From Geosiphon pyriformis uo1 (lineage: Eukaryota > Fungi > Glomeromycota), in assembly GCA_016748015.1 (NCBI GenBank), contig JAAOMT010000328.1, forward strand, positions 1-64,000: 64,000 nt of DNA, in the 5' to 3' direction. Numbering within the stretch: the first letter of the stretch is position 1; each line of letters begins with the position of its first letter. Position numbers and translations under genes: made by a program. The notes below the pieces were generated by a model that had not been told where the DNA came from, did not search any database, and worked only from the letters and a program-made list of their open reading frames with translations. Positions 42,894-57,900 of this stretch are shown here, in pieces.

Positions 42894-43709
42894 TGTTACA
42901 AGTAATTATTTAGAATGTTAGAACAAATAACAAATTCATAACTTGGTACTTAATAATTATTGATAATGGTAGTTTTTAAAGATTTTAAAATCTAAAAGTT
43001 TTGGTTAAGTTTTTGGTATAATGAACAGAAATTTAATTAATGATTTCTTTCATGAACTTTTTTTTAGTATGATGGCTAATTTATTCTGACAGTTATGTTC
43101 TTCTGATAAACTATCCTTAAGTTTTCTACTTTTTTTTTCAGTTTTTTACCAGACTATTCTTGACATCAATTACTTAGCACTTAATTTTTTTAATCAATTA
43201 AAAAACAACAAAGAAACAAAATAAAAGAAAATAAGATAATAGTATTTTATCAATAGCCATAATCAAAAACTATTGGTTTAGTATAGTTAAATATTGAATT
43301 TTATTAACATAAATTGTTGATAATAATTAATATTTTTTAATCAAGCAATGATAATATAAATTTGAATGATAATAAATATTTTTATTAATAGATATAATTT
43401 CACTTTAAGTTATAAAAAACTATCTTTTAAAGAAAGAAAGATTAGATAATTACTGATCTTTAGCTACTGTTCTGAACTCTGACCTATTTTTTTTGCTTTT
43501 AATACTCTTGCTATATATATATAATTTGTGTTATATAAAATTTTACATATTTTTGAGCAATATGTTATGATTTTCTGATAATATGCTTATTGTTAAGCAA
43601 TATACCATAATTTCTAATAATATGCTTGTTAAATACTATTCTTTTATTGGTCTATTTTTACTATTTGTTTTTCTTACTTCTTTTTTGTACTCTTTTTTTA
43701 TGAGTAATA
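42894..43709 (-). repeat. LTR family A, 3' LTR
   Basis: Starts TGTTACA and aligns with 49352-50184 and, inverted, with 47546-48405. Confidence 0.85.
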
Positions 43710-45711
43710 TTATTTTCTTTTTTAATATTAAGCTGCATCAAAATTTTTATTTTGAATTAAGTTTATTATTTTTCTTTCCAATACTGTTTGTTTAAAGTTG
43801 TAATTAAAGTTTAAATTATTATTGCTGTTGTTACTATTGTAGACAAAATTAAAACCATTATTGTTATTATTATCAGAGTCTAAATTAGGATTAAATTTTA
43901 ATTCTGATTCTGAAGTGCAATTGTTAATTAGTTCTTTCTCTTTAGGAATCAAATAAATTATGTATGATAATAGATTATAAATAAGATTACAATCATTACA
44001 ATATTTAAAGTCACTAAAAATTAGGCAATATTTACAGAGTTTGATATTTAATTGTTCTAAATACTGCTCTTGCTTTTTTTAGTAAATGTTAAATCTTGGT
44101 AGTGTTTATAAAATTGTTTTAAATTGCTTAGGATGTTAATAAATACATTTAAGTTGGAAATAAAAATGGTTTTGATAGGTTTTGGTGAGTTATTTTTAAT
44201 TGCCAATATTTTGCTGAATGAAGTGTCTTTAACTTTGGCACTTGCTATTCTCCAGATTTCTTTTTCATTATGTAAGTAGTTATTTAAATATAACAGATTT
44301 CTGTTTTATACAGTATTAAAAAGTGTTTTTTTGCTTATTTAGTCACTTATGAGAATTGTGTATTAGCATGATATATTATATATTCTTTCTTGACCAGAAA
44401 TGTTATTCCATATTTTTTTGTCAAATAGCATTTTTCCACAAGCAAAACATGATTTATTGTTCTACTTTTCTTGTTGTTTCGAGTATTTAAAGCATTTTTA
44501 GTGGCACACTTTACAGTAGTAACAGATATATATCTTGTAGTTTTCTTTGGATAAGATTTAAGCTTTTATAAATGAAAGTTTTTTCTTGTAGTTCTTGTAT
44601 TTAAGTAAAATATAGAGTGGTTTTTTTCTTGGTTCCAATGAGTATAAAACATGTTAATTATTATTTGTTTTGGACGTGAAGATGGTAACTTGTAGTTTGT
44701 CCTTTTTTTTTTTCCTTGTTATCTCAAAAAAATATTAATGGTAGCTTATTATAATTGTTTTTAGTCCACAAAATTTAATAGGCTTTTTAAGTAAATTTTT
44801 TTGTTTCTTTCTTGAATTTTATCAGTAACTGTAATTGAGTTGTTTTGAAGTAATTGCAGATAGCTAGTATTTAAATATGTTAACTATTTTGATTAATCTG
44901 TAACTTCTGAGTATTCCAGTTAAGCACAACATTGGTTTTAGACAACCAGTTATTACCAACAAGAGCTTGATATTGTGTGGCTTCTATAACAAGAACTTTA
45001 ATGAGTGTAATAATACTGTTAACTTTAAAAAAAAGCTGTCAATTTTGCTAATAGAAGTCTTAGTTGCTCTATTAGTTGTGATGATTCTTGTACTGGCAGC
45101 ATAATTAACTTAGTAACTTGATTGATTTATAAATTGTTATATAATAATACTGTCTGTTGACACACTATTAAGGATTAGTTTGATAGATTGGCCATTAACT
45201 TTGGCATTTGTATATATTGCAGTAATTGGTTTAATGTCAAGAGTGGCTCCACTAAATAGAAATATTGTTGCTAATTTTTTTAATTCTAAAGAAAAAATGA
45301 CTATAAGTAACTTATTCTTAATAATAGTTGTTGATAGAATATTTTTGATAAATAATATTAAATTGGTTTCTAATAATTTGAGTGTTGTAATTTTTGGAGT
45401 TATCAAGAAACTTAAATAGTTCTAAAAATTTGGGTTTTAAATATACCTATTTCCTGAATTTTTGAAACATAATCTTAATAATTGGTTTGATGAACTGGAA
45501 ATTAGTTGATGCATAATTATCACCAATTTCTAATTTTGTGGGTATAAATGATTCTTAGTCTTTAAATTTCAGTTAATGTTAGCATAGTATTTTGGAGCAG
45601 TACTTGATTTTGTTAAGTTTAATAAATTATTTGTAGCTGTAATTAATATACTATTGGTGTTAAAATCTGATAAATAGAAGATAAGTATATTAGTTGTTGT
45701 GTTATTAATAC

Positions 45712-46486
45712 TGTTATCAGTAGAATTTTAGCTATTAAATAACATAAAGTTACCTTTATAATTTTTATTATTAAGTAGTATATATTATTATTATTTCAAT
45801 TATTACTTATTATTTAATCAAATTATCAAATATTATCATTCAATTAATAACCTGATTTGTAATATAGAAATTGAGATAATTAAATTACACAACATCCCAA
45901 ACTATTTAATATTCAAGAATTTACCAAAATTTGTAGAAATTTGCTAAAATAATTGATAGTTTACTGAAATAATTAATAGTTTGCAGAAATAACTTTTAAT
46001 TTATCAAAACAATAACAAAAAGAAAAGTACAAGCTCAAAAACTAATACTATAACAAGTTATATAAAAAAAAACTTCTTTTTTTGAGAAAATATATCAATC
46101 TTATATTAAATATTTTAGTTAGAATCAATTATCTCTTATACATTCTTACAAAATTAAATAAAAATTAAATATTCAAAAATTCAAATCCTTAATTATTCTA
46201 CTTGAAAATTTCCAAAAAACCCAATTAATGTTTTTGAAATTGATTAGCTACCAATTTTAGTAATCCGTTAATGATTCTAGGCCTAAATAGAAAATGTTTT
46301 TTTTAATTAAATTCTATTTCTTTTACATTTCTTTTATTTTTTTTTATTTTTTATTATTATAATCATTAGGGTAGTCTACAGATGAGATTCTTGTAGAAAA
46401 GTTGACTTTTATAGCAAAGTAACTACATATTTTAGTGAGCTTCTAAACAAGCAATTCTTGAGAAAAAATTGTCATTTACTATAACA
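45712..46486 (+). repeat. Solo LTR family B (right end approximate)
   Basis: TGTTATCAGTAGAATTTTAGCTATTAA.. aligns over several hundred bp with the LTR starting at 59491. Confidence 0.75.
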
Positions 46487-47545
46487 TAACTATATAAAGT
46501 AACTAGTATAGAATTAGTTATTCTACTTATAAATCTAGCAGTTTAAATTATAAGAGATAATTTGAAGATAAATTCAGTTATTAAAGGTTTACTAACTTCT
46601 AAAAAATGTAAATTAAACAACAAACAGACATTAACAACATTCAAAAAAAGAGACCAAAAATCTTTAATAACAATACATAATAAGATTAGTATAATTCTAA
46701 TAATAAATTATTAGCATAGTTTTAAGTTTAAAATCTGCAATTGGAATTTTTATATTGGTTTTTTAATTGTAAGTTGTTAGACTTGGAATGGCAATCTGCT
46801 TTTAAATAACCTTGTTTATTACAATAATAGTAATTACACATTTTTTGCTATCATAATTGATTTGTTAATAATAATAGTATTAAACATAACTGATTTTGGA
46901 AACAATTGAAGTTTTTTTGATTGTTATAATATTGTGAAAATTAATAGATGACTTGATTATTAACTAAAGATCTTTTTAGTTAATAAAATTACTGAATTGT
47001 TTTAGTTTATAATTCAATTTAGATAATTTATTTATTATTAAATTTATGGCTTAAACATAGTTGGTTTTAAATCTCTGGTGTGAGTTATTGTATCTTGAAG
47101 AGTATTTAGGTGTATTAAGCATACTTATTATAACAAACTGCTGTGTAATTTATAAATAAATTAGTTTAAAATCTGTGGTGCTATAAAGTAATTAGCATTG
47201 ATTATTTGAATTTAGCACAGATTTTAATAGAAACATTCAAAGTAAATAGTAACTGCTTTTGTGTTCTTTTATTAATTATGATAAAACTAATTAACAGGCA
47301 ATTGATGCTATTATTATTGCCAAAATATTGTAGAAACACAGTTTTAAATGTGTCAAAATCTTGGGATTTGTTTACAAGATTCTAATATTATAAGTTGGTA
47401 GTGTTTTATAAGAAGTATAGAATAACTTAAAGAGCTCTAATATTATTTTATTTATTAGTTGTAATGGCTTTTGCTATATTATTTTGCTATGCTTAAATAT
47501 TGTCTTTTTTACCAGTAAATTTTTTAAGTTTAATAATTAGTATAT

Positions 47546-48405
47546 TGTTATTTATAGAAAAAAAGTACAAAAAAGAAGTAAAAAAAACAAATAGTAAAAA
47601 AATAAACCAATAAAAGAATAGTATTTAACAAATAAACATATTTTCAGAAAATTATAGTATATTGTTCAGCAATGAACATATTGTCAAAAAATTATAATAT
47701 ATTGTTTAACAATAAGCATATTATTGGCACATTGCTTAAGAATATGTAAGATCTTATATAATAAGAATTATATATATATAGTAAAAATATTAGAAACAAA
47801 AAAGACAAATTAATTTAGAACAACAATACTTCTCTCTTTAAAAAATAGTTTTTTATAACTTAAAATGGAATTATACTAATATTAATAAACTTATTCATTA
47901 TTATTCAATTCATGTTATCATTAATTGATTAAGAAATATTAATTAATTCCATATTATCAACACTTTATATTGATAAAAGCCAATATTTAATTACACTAAA
48001 CCAATAGCTCTTAATTATGACTATTAACAAAATACTAATTTTTTATTTTTTTTTTATTTTTTTTATTTTTTTATTTGTTATTTTTTTTGTTGTTTATGAA
48101 TTGATTAAAAAAATTAAGTATTAAGTTATTAATATTAAGAATAGCCTGGTTAAAAACTTGAAAACAGAATAAAAAACTTAAAGATAACTTACCAGAAGGA
48201 CATAACTGCCAAAATAAATTGGTCATTATACTAAAAAAAAATTTGCAGAAGAAAACTATTAATTAAATTTCTGTTTATTATACAAAAAACTCAACAAAAA
48301 CCTTCAGACTCCAAAATCTTCAAAAACCATTATCATTAACAGTTATTGAGCACAAAGTTACAGATTTATTATTTGTTTCAACATTTTAAATAATTATCTA
48401 TAACA
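47546..48405 (+). repeat. Solo LTR family A, inverted, inserted in gag of the host element
   Basis: TGTTA...TAACA ends. The reverse complement aligns with the other two A LTRs. Flanks ATAT/GCAT are compatible with one mutated 4-bp TSD. Confidence 0.8.
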
Positions 48406-49351
48406 GCATATGCCATTGGTATAAATAATAATTATTGTTGTTGTAATTGTTGTTAAGTAGCAATTAGTACTACTAGTAGTTAATAGATTAAAATAACTGG
48501 AGATAAGTTTTGTGAAAGAATAAAAGCTGAATTTGAATTGTTCAGATTTGGCTGGAATTGAACAATTAAAGTTTGGATTTCTAAGTTATTTGAAATTGGG
48601 TTTTGGTTATTATTTCTCAAATTACTGTTTTTTTTTTTTCTGAATTGGTATTTGTCTAATTACTAATAGATCCAAAATTTGTTTGAGATAGCAGAAATTA
48701 AAGTTTTAATAAGGTTGTTAATTATAATTTAAATTTTTCAAAGAAATCACTATATGTTTCTAATAGTTTGGTTTTTTATTATTATTTTGAAATGGTACTC
48801 TAAATAATAGTGTTTTTATAGTTGATAATAATACAGATTCAGATAGTATATAGATAATACTTTTTGGTATATAATAGTATAATAAGTAAATAAATGAAAT
48901 AACTTTTGGTTTCTTCTAAGTAGATAATTGTATTTTTTTTTGGTATTTTTGCTGAAGTTTATAATTTTTTTTGTTTGCAAAAGTAATAAAAATTTTTTGT
49001 TGAGTGTAATTCTTAATTTTTTAATTTATTTCTATGATTAGTAAAGCAAACAAAAATTTTTGTAGAAGTATGATGTTTTGGAATAATTAATTGTAGAAAT
49101 TTTTGAGTACAGCTTTTGAATCTTCTTGGTTTTCTAAGTAGAATTTAATTTTTTTGTTAATGTAGAAATTGAAAGCTGATTTTGCTAGCCAATAGTTATT
49201 TGTTAATTTAAAATGAGTTTGGTAATATTGAAATAAGAATTTGGTAAATTCTAAATAATTTGTTTTTGTTACTTCTAATTCTGCTATTTTTCCAAATAAT
49301 TAATATTGGTGTTAATTTTTTGTTAGATTATATCTCATAGAAAGCACCAAA

Positions 49352-50184
49352 TATTATAGATAATTATTTGAGATGTTAAAGCAAATACAAACCCATAACT
49401 TAATACTTAATAGTTGTTGATGATGATGATTTCTGAAAGTTTTAAAGTTTAAAGGTTTTAGTTAAGTCTTTTGTATAATAAACAGAAAGTTAATTAATAA
49501 TTTTTTCTATGAATTTTTTTTTCAGTGTAATAGCTGGTTTATTTTGGCAGTTATGCTTTTTTGGTAAGCTATTTTTAAGTTTTTTACCCTTGTTTTCAGG
49601 TTTTTTACCAGACTATTTTTAATGTTAATTACTTAATGCTTAATTCTTTTAATTAATTAAAAAACAACAAAAAAATAAAATAAAATAAAAATTAAAAAAT
49701 TAGTATTTTGTCAATAATTATAATTAAAAACTATTGGTCTAGTGTAGTTAAGTATCAGATTTTATTAACATAGATTGTTGATAGTATAGAAGTAATTAAT
49801 ATTTTTTAATCAAGTAGTGATAACATGGATTTGAATAATAATAAATATTTTTATTAATAGGTATGATTTTACTTTAAGTTATAAAAAACTATCTTTTAAA
49901 GAAAAAAGTATTGAATAATTATTGATCTTTAATTACTGTTTTGAATTCTGAACTACTTTTTTTGCTTCTAATACTCTCACTATATATACATAATTTGTAT
50001 TATATAAGATCTCACATATTCTTAAACAATATGCCATAATTTTTTGACAATATGTTTATTGGTAAACAATATGCCATGATTTTTTGACAATGTGTTTACT
50101 TATTGAGTACTATTTTTCTATTAGTCTATTTTTACTATTTGTTTTTTTTTACTTCTTTTTTATACTCTTTTTCTATAAGTAACA
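49352..50184 (-). repeat. LTR family A, 5' LTR
   Basis: Direct copy of 42894-43709, ends ..AAGTAACA. Confidence 0.85.
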
Positions 50185-53100
50185 ATATTTTGTTCTATTT
50201 TTTGCACACACTTGTTGAAATATGACTAAATTGTAATCTGTAACCAACTATTAGTTGCAAAACAACAAACACCAAATATAGAAACTATTTATTAAACATA
50301 GTTTTCTTCAAAACCAGATTTGTAAAAAACTTAATATCTAAGTGAGCCTTAGTAATACTTGGTTTAGAAAGACCATTTAAGACAAAAAAAATATCCAATT
50401 ATCTATGTAACTTACTTTTTTTAACAATTGAAATATTTGACTTACTTATTACTAAATGAGAAATTTTTACTCTTTAATTAATAGATATAATAATCATTTT
50501 ATTTGTATTAATTAAAATATTATTAATTCAAAAAAATTTATTAGCTATGTTTAGAATATGCTAAATAGCAGTCATGTCATTTTTAATCCAAATTGTGTTA
50601 TCTATAAAAGCTTTTGTTCTCAGAAAAAATAATATGCTACCTTTGAAATTTTACTTGTCAGTCCATATAAAAAATTTTGAATTCAATCTATAGTTATACA
50701 AACTGTTATGTTTTTTAATCTCATAGAGCAAAAAGTTATAAAAAATTATCTACAACAAAGGTGAAAATATTTTACTCTAATCCAGTCTATTATAAACAGT
50801 ATATTTTTTTATAAGTCCAAAATTTGTTATTACTTAATTGATTTAATTATTGTGTATATTTTTAAAAATTTTTATAAAACAAAAATACATCTTGATCCTA
50901 GTTAAACTGTTTTTTAAATAATACTACTCAATAAAATTATATGCTTTATGCATGTCCTAAAAAACTAGTTACAGTTTTTGTCTTTTTCTAATATATTTTT
51001 AATAATAAAACCAACAGTAAAAATTAGAATTTAGATAGACATGTTTTTTAAAACTAAGAAATTATTATTATATAAGATGTTAAAATTACTACAGACTAAA
51101 AAAATCTTATTTGAAAAAATCTTAAATAAAATTTTTCAGGCTGTTTCAATTAAGGCTATTAGCTAAATATTTGTAAAAGTTTTTTTCCAATCATATAACT
51201 TTGGTATTATAAAAATTTAGGCTTTTTTTTACTATGTAAGAACCATGTCTAACATTAAATACACATTAAAAATATCCAATAAACCACCCAAAACTTGTAT
51301 ATTATCATGTTTTTAGAGCTCATTAAAAATAATAAAGAAACTAATGGCTTTTTTATCAAGTAAATTCTTAACAACTTGCAAGAACTTATCAACTTTAATA
51401 TTATTTATAATTTTTGAAAAAACATTATTATTAATATAATTCAGAGAAGCATATTAATTAGACTATCTATTAAACAGAATACCAGGCATCACATACTTTT
51501 TCATCTATTCTTTTATAATTATGTCAATCATAAACTTGATTTTACATAGCTTTAGAATTAAATTATTATTAATTATCAAATAATTAAGTACCACTTTTTA
51601 AAATGACCAATCCAGAATATTCCTAATCATTCTTCTCTTATTAGAACAAAAATTTTTTATATGCTTATTAATAGTCTTTTTAATGAGATTATCTTAGACA
51701 ACTTTAAATTTATAATACTTGAATTTATAATATTCTTTCTTAATTCTCAACAAATAAGTAAAATTTCCTTCAAACTTATGTTATTGTCAATCATAATATG
51801 CAATCTAAAGATCTTTTTTTTGTTAATATTAGTTTAAATATTAATGAGACAATCAGTTTTTGAATTTTGTTTTAAATCTAAATTTTTTATAATTTTGACC
51901 ACTAATAATTTTAGCTTGAAAAACTTAGATAAGTGTTTATTTTTTAATCATTCAAATTCACTAAACCAAAGTTTAAAAAACATCTTATTAGCAGAGTTTA
52001 CTACTATTTTCTTTAGAATTTTTTATATAGTATCCAAATTATTACAATATTTTGCATTATTAAATCCAGCTATTTTTCTTAAGAATTTGTTTAATAAGCA
52101 CTTTCTAAACTGTAATTACTTACTGACTTTAATATTCTTAATTTTAAACTTCTATTTATCTTTATTAGCCTGCTTATAATCATTATTAAGACAAATATTT
52201 AAGAAACCACTCAAGCTAATTACAACCAAAACTGTCTTGTAATTGATATTAAAAAACTTAGACACAATGTTAATTTCATAATCAGCAACTGCAAATGCCA
52301 GATTTTGGTTCACAAAATAAAATTAATAACTTTCTTAACACTTTTAAAATTACTTTAGGTAAAAGTTTTGGCTAATAAATATTTATTAAATAAGTTAATT
52401 AAGCTTAAATTTACATAAAACCTAAAACTTACACTTTTTTTTAAACTGTTTTTATTGAAATTTTTGCTTAATACCATGAAAGTATTAAAGTTTCAGTCTT
52501 AACAATAAAGAAATTAATTTTTAATGCTTGATCAAATCTAGTTTTAGCAAAAGCAACTGTATACAAACTTAAAATTATAACTAATAATTTATCCTTAAAC
52601 AAAAGCTAAATTAAAATAATTTAACCAAGAATTCTTTCTACTTTTGAAACATAATAAGCCAGAGAATTGTTTACAATAATTGTCATTCCAGTATCAAAAA
52701 AGCCTTTGTTTAAACCAGATGTAAAAATTTTTATTTCATCAAACTTACTTACTATCTATAGTCTAATACTAGACTTCAATTTTGTTTTTATAATAATAGA
52801 AATTATATTATCTAATTCTGTATGCCAATGAACTATGTTCTCTTGTTTAGCAAAAATATTGATATTATAAATATTACACATAGCAATTTTTTAGATTAAA
52901 TCAATTATTAAGATGAAACAACCATAAAAAAACCTAAACCAGCACACAATTAATCCAATTTCACTAATATTAAACCAATTGAACTTTAAGAACCACTATT
53001 TTTAATTTTAAGCCACTTATTTTGATGATCAGAATTTTTAATCTACTTAAATTCAAATTTAAAGCCTTTTTATTTTTAACTAAAAAAAAAAAAACAAGTA

Positions 53101-54750
53101 ATACAGATGAGTTATTCAAAATTATATCCAAATCCAAATTTGAATTCAATAATACAAACACAATAGGAGAAAGGAACTGAGAAATAAATGCCAAAAGTAT
53201 TAGATTCACAAAACTTAATTTTTGCACAATATTAAATATTTGATCTGCCAAAAGCTTTAAGGAACACTCCAAAAATGCCAAGCAGGCACTAATAAATAAA
53301 TTGTCTTGAATAACTAGAAGACTCTCTTTAATATGTGTTGTATTAGAAAAAAAGAAACCAGAACCAGAATTAAAACAAGTATTATTAAAAAAGACAGCAA
53401 ACAAAACTACTTAAGTCTAAAATTTGCCACTAAATGCAGTAAAATGGAAAATAAAAACACTTTTTTTAGCATACAGTCTGGCCAACTAAAGATGATTCTC
53501 TTCTGAAGCAACTCTTTTATAAATTTTTTTAGGAAACAAAACAAATATATCTAATATATTATACTCTAAAGCCAAATGTTCAAAACATCTATACTTTTTA
53601 CAATAAACCAAATCTAATCTAGTTTAAAAGAATTTCATATTACCAAAAATTGGCTTTGTACAAAAAATAGCTTTAAGTTTCTTATTCATTTTAAAATTAA
53701 TCACAGTATATTAAATTCTATTGCCAATATCAAATAATCAATTAATGATACAAATTTTTTTACCAGTTTTCTCCAATAAAACACTTAAATTATGAACAAT
53801 TGTTTCTACTGGCAAAGTAAACAAAAGCATTCTAAACCAACTCCTTAACATTCAGATATCACAATCTCTTATGGCTTTGGCTAAATACACTGAATTTTTT
53901 CTGATTAAAAATGACCACTTTGGTACCAATTGATCTGTCTGTTCCAATTTAGTAAACTCTATTATAGCTTTTTGCTATAGTTTAATCAATTATAAATAGA
54001 TTGACACTACTTGACCAAACTCAAAGAAAACTACAGTAATTATTTTTTTTAGTGTATCTATAAGAATCTTTTTAATAACTACAATCTAATCTGAATAAAT
54101 TTTTTGTCTTTTAAAATTGGTGTTTACAATAATCTTTTTTTTTTGGTTAATAATATAGTCTTTTTTATGCTCTTTTCTAATATAAACATAAATTAAATAA
54201 TCTTTTTAAATTTTGAAAAGATAGTGGCTTCTTCTCTAAATCTATTAACTAATGAAAATTTTTTTTAATTACTTAAGTTTTTGCAGTTACCAATTTATTT
54301 TCTATTGTTAAGAGATTAATATTCAATACAAACGATTTTTTGACAGCTATTTTAACCTAAGTTTTTACTATATTTGGGTTAATTTACTTTCTATTAAGAA
54401 ATATCAAAAAGAAAAAAGAGGAGTTCTATATTCTTATTTATTTCATAATCAATTATACCAATAGGAAAACCATAATTCAAGTCAGTATTGATTCTCTTAG
54501 CATTAGAAGTTGTTGCAACTAAGCCAAAAAAAAACTACCACTAGCATTCATTAATGTATTACTAGCTTTACTGTTATTAAACTCACTATTTATATTCGAA
54601 TATATATTATTGTCAAGACTAGGTTTGACCAGAGAAAATTTTTTTTTATTACTCAAGTGTTTAATATTATTCACAAAACCTTCTTTTTTTGAGAGAAAAT
54701 ATTTCTAATTGGATCATAAAAAACTTTTTTGGGTGCCTTTTTTTAGACAT
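50185..54750 (-). mobile_element. Non-LTR retrotransposon (LINE), 5' part: ORF1, APE endonuclease and RT, highly mutated
   Basis: ORF1 start MSKKKAPKK at 54750, endonuclease-like IKIFTSGLNKGFFDTG (~52700), RT remnants ISLIETA (~51150), DMHKAYN (~50950) and AFIDNTIW (eroded FVDD, ~50600). Confidence 0.8.
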
Positions 54751-54943
54751 ATTGTTATTTAAAACAATCTTTAAGTTTATCACAAAAAAATTATTAATTT
54801 AAGAAATATTGAAAGTGATATTACTAGAAAATTAAAAATAAAAAAACTTTTTTTTTCAAAAATTGCTCTTTGAAAAATTTTAAATAAAAGAAAGGAAAAA
54901 GTTTTTTTTTTAGTTCTTTATTTTAATTTTATGTTTTAAATAT

Positions 54944-57900
54944 TGTTACGAGATGGTTTTCTTGGTATATTTAATTGCCAATATCCCATTTTAAATGCAA
55001 TCAGTTTCTCATGAGTTCCTCAATTCTATTTGTGTGATAATGTCATTGTTATACTAAAGGCTTTCTTTTTAATGTTGCAATGTAAGTTATTTCTCAATTT
55101 TTAATTGTTATGTGTGTTTATGTACTCCTTTCAAGAGGCTGAACTGAAATCTACCTGCTGTTTGGGGTCTTTTCTGAGGCTATCCTTGTAATTGCCTGAT
55201 GTGTTTTTCTAATCTAGAAACATGAAATGTTAATGGCCTTTAACACTTTTTCTAATTCTCACAATAAAGCTTTTATCAATTAGTAACAACATGAATAATT
55301 TTGATCAGGGATTATTTTTTCAAGAGATTCAGCTAATGAATGATAGTTTCATTCAATAAATAATACAAGTAAGTTTCTTAATACATTGGATTTAGTTTTT
55401 AATATTCTTTTTTATTTCTTTTTAATTAAAGATTTTTGTGGATATTTATTTTTAAAAGTAAAAACTAGAAGATAATTAAAATGGAACTGTTAAATGAATT
55501 GTTTTGTTGGATGATATTGGATCTATTGCTTGATAAGTTATGATTTTTATTACTTGATTAACTTTTCTCAAGATTAAAGCTACTGTATATATACATGTTT
55601 GTAGTTCTACAAGAAAACACATTGTAAAACTTTCTTTTTGATATTTCAATCTGGTGTTTGCTGCTATCACCAGTTGGTGTTGGCTGCTATTGTAAACTGG
55701 TGCTTGCCACTATCGCGAAATGGTGTTTTGCTACTATGTTAATTATTACTTTTCTAAGATTATTACTGTGTTATATTATGATTAAATAGTTTATATTATT
55801 TTTATGATTCTTTTGCTAAATTCTTAAACCATAATATTATTCTTTCCTTTCAAAATTGAGCTCTGTCAAAATTGAAGTTAATTTTTTTATTAAATTCTAA
55901 ATTACTATAGTGGTCCAATACTGTGTTATTAATTTGTTGTTGTAATTCTTGAAATTGCAAGTTGGTAAGTCGTCTAATTAAATCAATTCCAATTCTGTCA
56001 AATGACTGTCCAACTTTTATTGGTCTTAATAATTCCATTGTTTTTGCTCCTCCTCTTTATTGGCATGAGTCACAATTTCTTATGTATTGAATTATGTCTG
56101 AACTCATTTTTGGCCAATAGTAATGGCTAGTTGCATGTTGAATAGTTGCTGTTTTTCCAAAGTGGCCTAAATGAATATCTGAGTGCATGTTAAATAAGAT
56201 AATTTTTTTTTCATCCAAGGTTATAACTCTTAATGGATTATCTGGATTTTGTCAATTCTGGTAATAAAGTATGTGATTTTGGATGAAATAGTGTTTTGCT
56301 AATTTTTGGAGCTTAATTAGCTCTTTTACTGGCATTTCTTTGTCTATTTGTAGTGTTTCCAAGTATTGGCTGAGGTTTTTGTAAAAGTGGTTGTTCATTG
56401 TTGTCATAGCAGGTGGGTTGGTGATTTTTATGTGTGTCTCATTCTTGACAAACAGTTAGCATTAGCATTTTTGGTACTTTCTTTGTATTTGATAATATAA
56501 TTATATGGTGCTAACGTTTGTGACCATCTGGCATATTTTTCTTTTAGTGTTTTCTTGTTATTTAACCAGACCAGACCTCTATGATCTGTGGTAATCTCAA
56601 AAAGTTGGTACTGTAAATATGTGTCAAAGTAAACACAACTCCAGACTACTGCTAAGCATTCAAGTTCATGTGCTGCATAGTTTTGCTCTGTCATATTGAG
56701 ACTTTTGCTGACATAAGTGATTACATGTTTTCTTCTATTATCATTTTTTTGTGACAGAATAGCTCCAAGTCCAGTTCCAGAGACATCTATAGCCAAAATG
56801 AATTTCTTGTTGAAATTTGGATAGATCATTATTGGTAATTCAATGAGCTTTTGTCTAAGGTACTCAAAAGCTTTTTGTTGTGCTTCAGTCTATTCAAATT
56901 TCACATTTTTGGATAGTAGATAATTAAGGGGTTTGGTGATGTTTAAAAAGTTTTCTACAAAGTGGCAGTAGTAAGATGTGAGTTCTAAAAAGCTTCTAAC
57001 TTCTAAAATGTTTTGAGATACTAGAAAATTTTTCGCTTTGTCTATTTTTGATGGATCTAGTTTTATTCTATCTTTTCCAACTATGTGTTCTAAAAATGCT
57101 AGCTCATTTTTCTAGATTTAGTTTAAGTTCAGTGTATCTCAATCTCTCAAAAACTTGTTGCAAATGTTGAAGATGATTTGTGAATTTTGACAAAAAAACA
57201 TTTGTATCATCCAAGTAGACAACAACAGATTGCCACAGAATTCTGGAGTAAATTACATCCATTAGTCTTTGGAATGTTATGGGAGTGTTTGTCAATTCAA
57301 ATAGTATTACATTGAACTCATAATTGCCATTTTGTGTTGTAAATGCTATTTTATGCCTGTCCTTTGGGTCCATTTTCACTTGCCAGTACCCACTGATCAA
57401 GTCCAGTGTAGAAAACCATTTTGCTCCTCAAAAAATGTCGAAGATTTTGTCAATTAACAGTATTGGGTATGAGTCTTTGGTTATTTTGCTGTTTAGTTTG
57501 TGATAGTCAATGCAAAATCTAATTTTTTCATTTTTTTTCCTTACTAAAACAACTGGTAAGAACTATGGGCTCATTGATAATTGGATTATTTCTTTTTTCA
57601 ACATGCTTTAGACTTCTTCTCTGATAAAATTATGCTCCATTGGTGGGACATGGTAAGCACATTGTTTTTCAGGTCTGGTGTCTCCAGTGGGGATTTGATG
57701 TTGAACCAAGTTGGTTCTTCCAAATTCACCATTTTGTGAAAATATATCAGAGTATTTTAAAATTAATGCTTTTAATTGTCATTGTTGGTTAGGATCCATT
57801 GTTCTAATGTTTAATTTGGCCAATTCTTCTAGCGTAAATTGATAGCATTCTAATAGTTGTTGCCAATTTATTGAAGTAAGTTTACAGTAGAGGGTAATTT

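Larger units (their letters stand above)
42894..50184 (-). mobile_element. Internally deleted Ty3/Gypsy LTR retrotransposon (family A) inserted into the LINE
   Basis: Direct LTRs 42894-43709 and 49352-50184, ATAT on both flanks, PPT next to 43710. Minus-strand gag (~46500-49350), protease (~44900-45250) and Cys-rich remnants (~43950-44620). Most of pol is absent. Confidence 0.85.

Noticed and set aside
40950-53404. Hydrophobic I/L/F/N/K-rich ORFs resembling membrane or mitochondrial proteins
   Set aside because: They are AT-eroded LINE and Gypsy frames or their antisense, not NUMTs or host genes.
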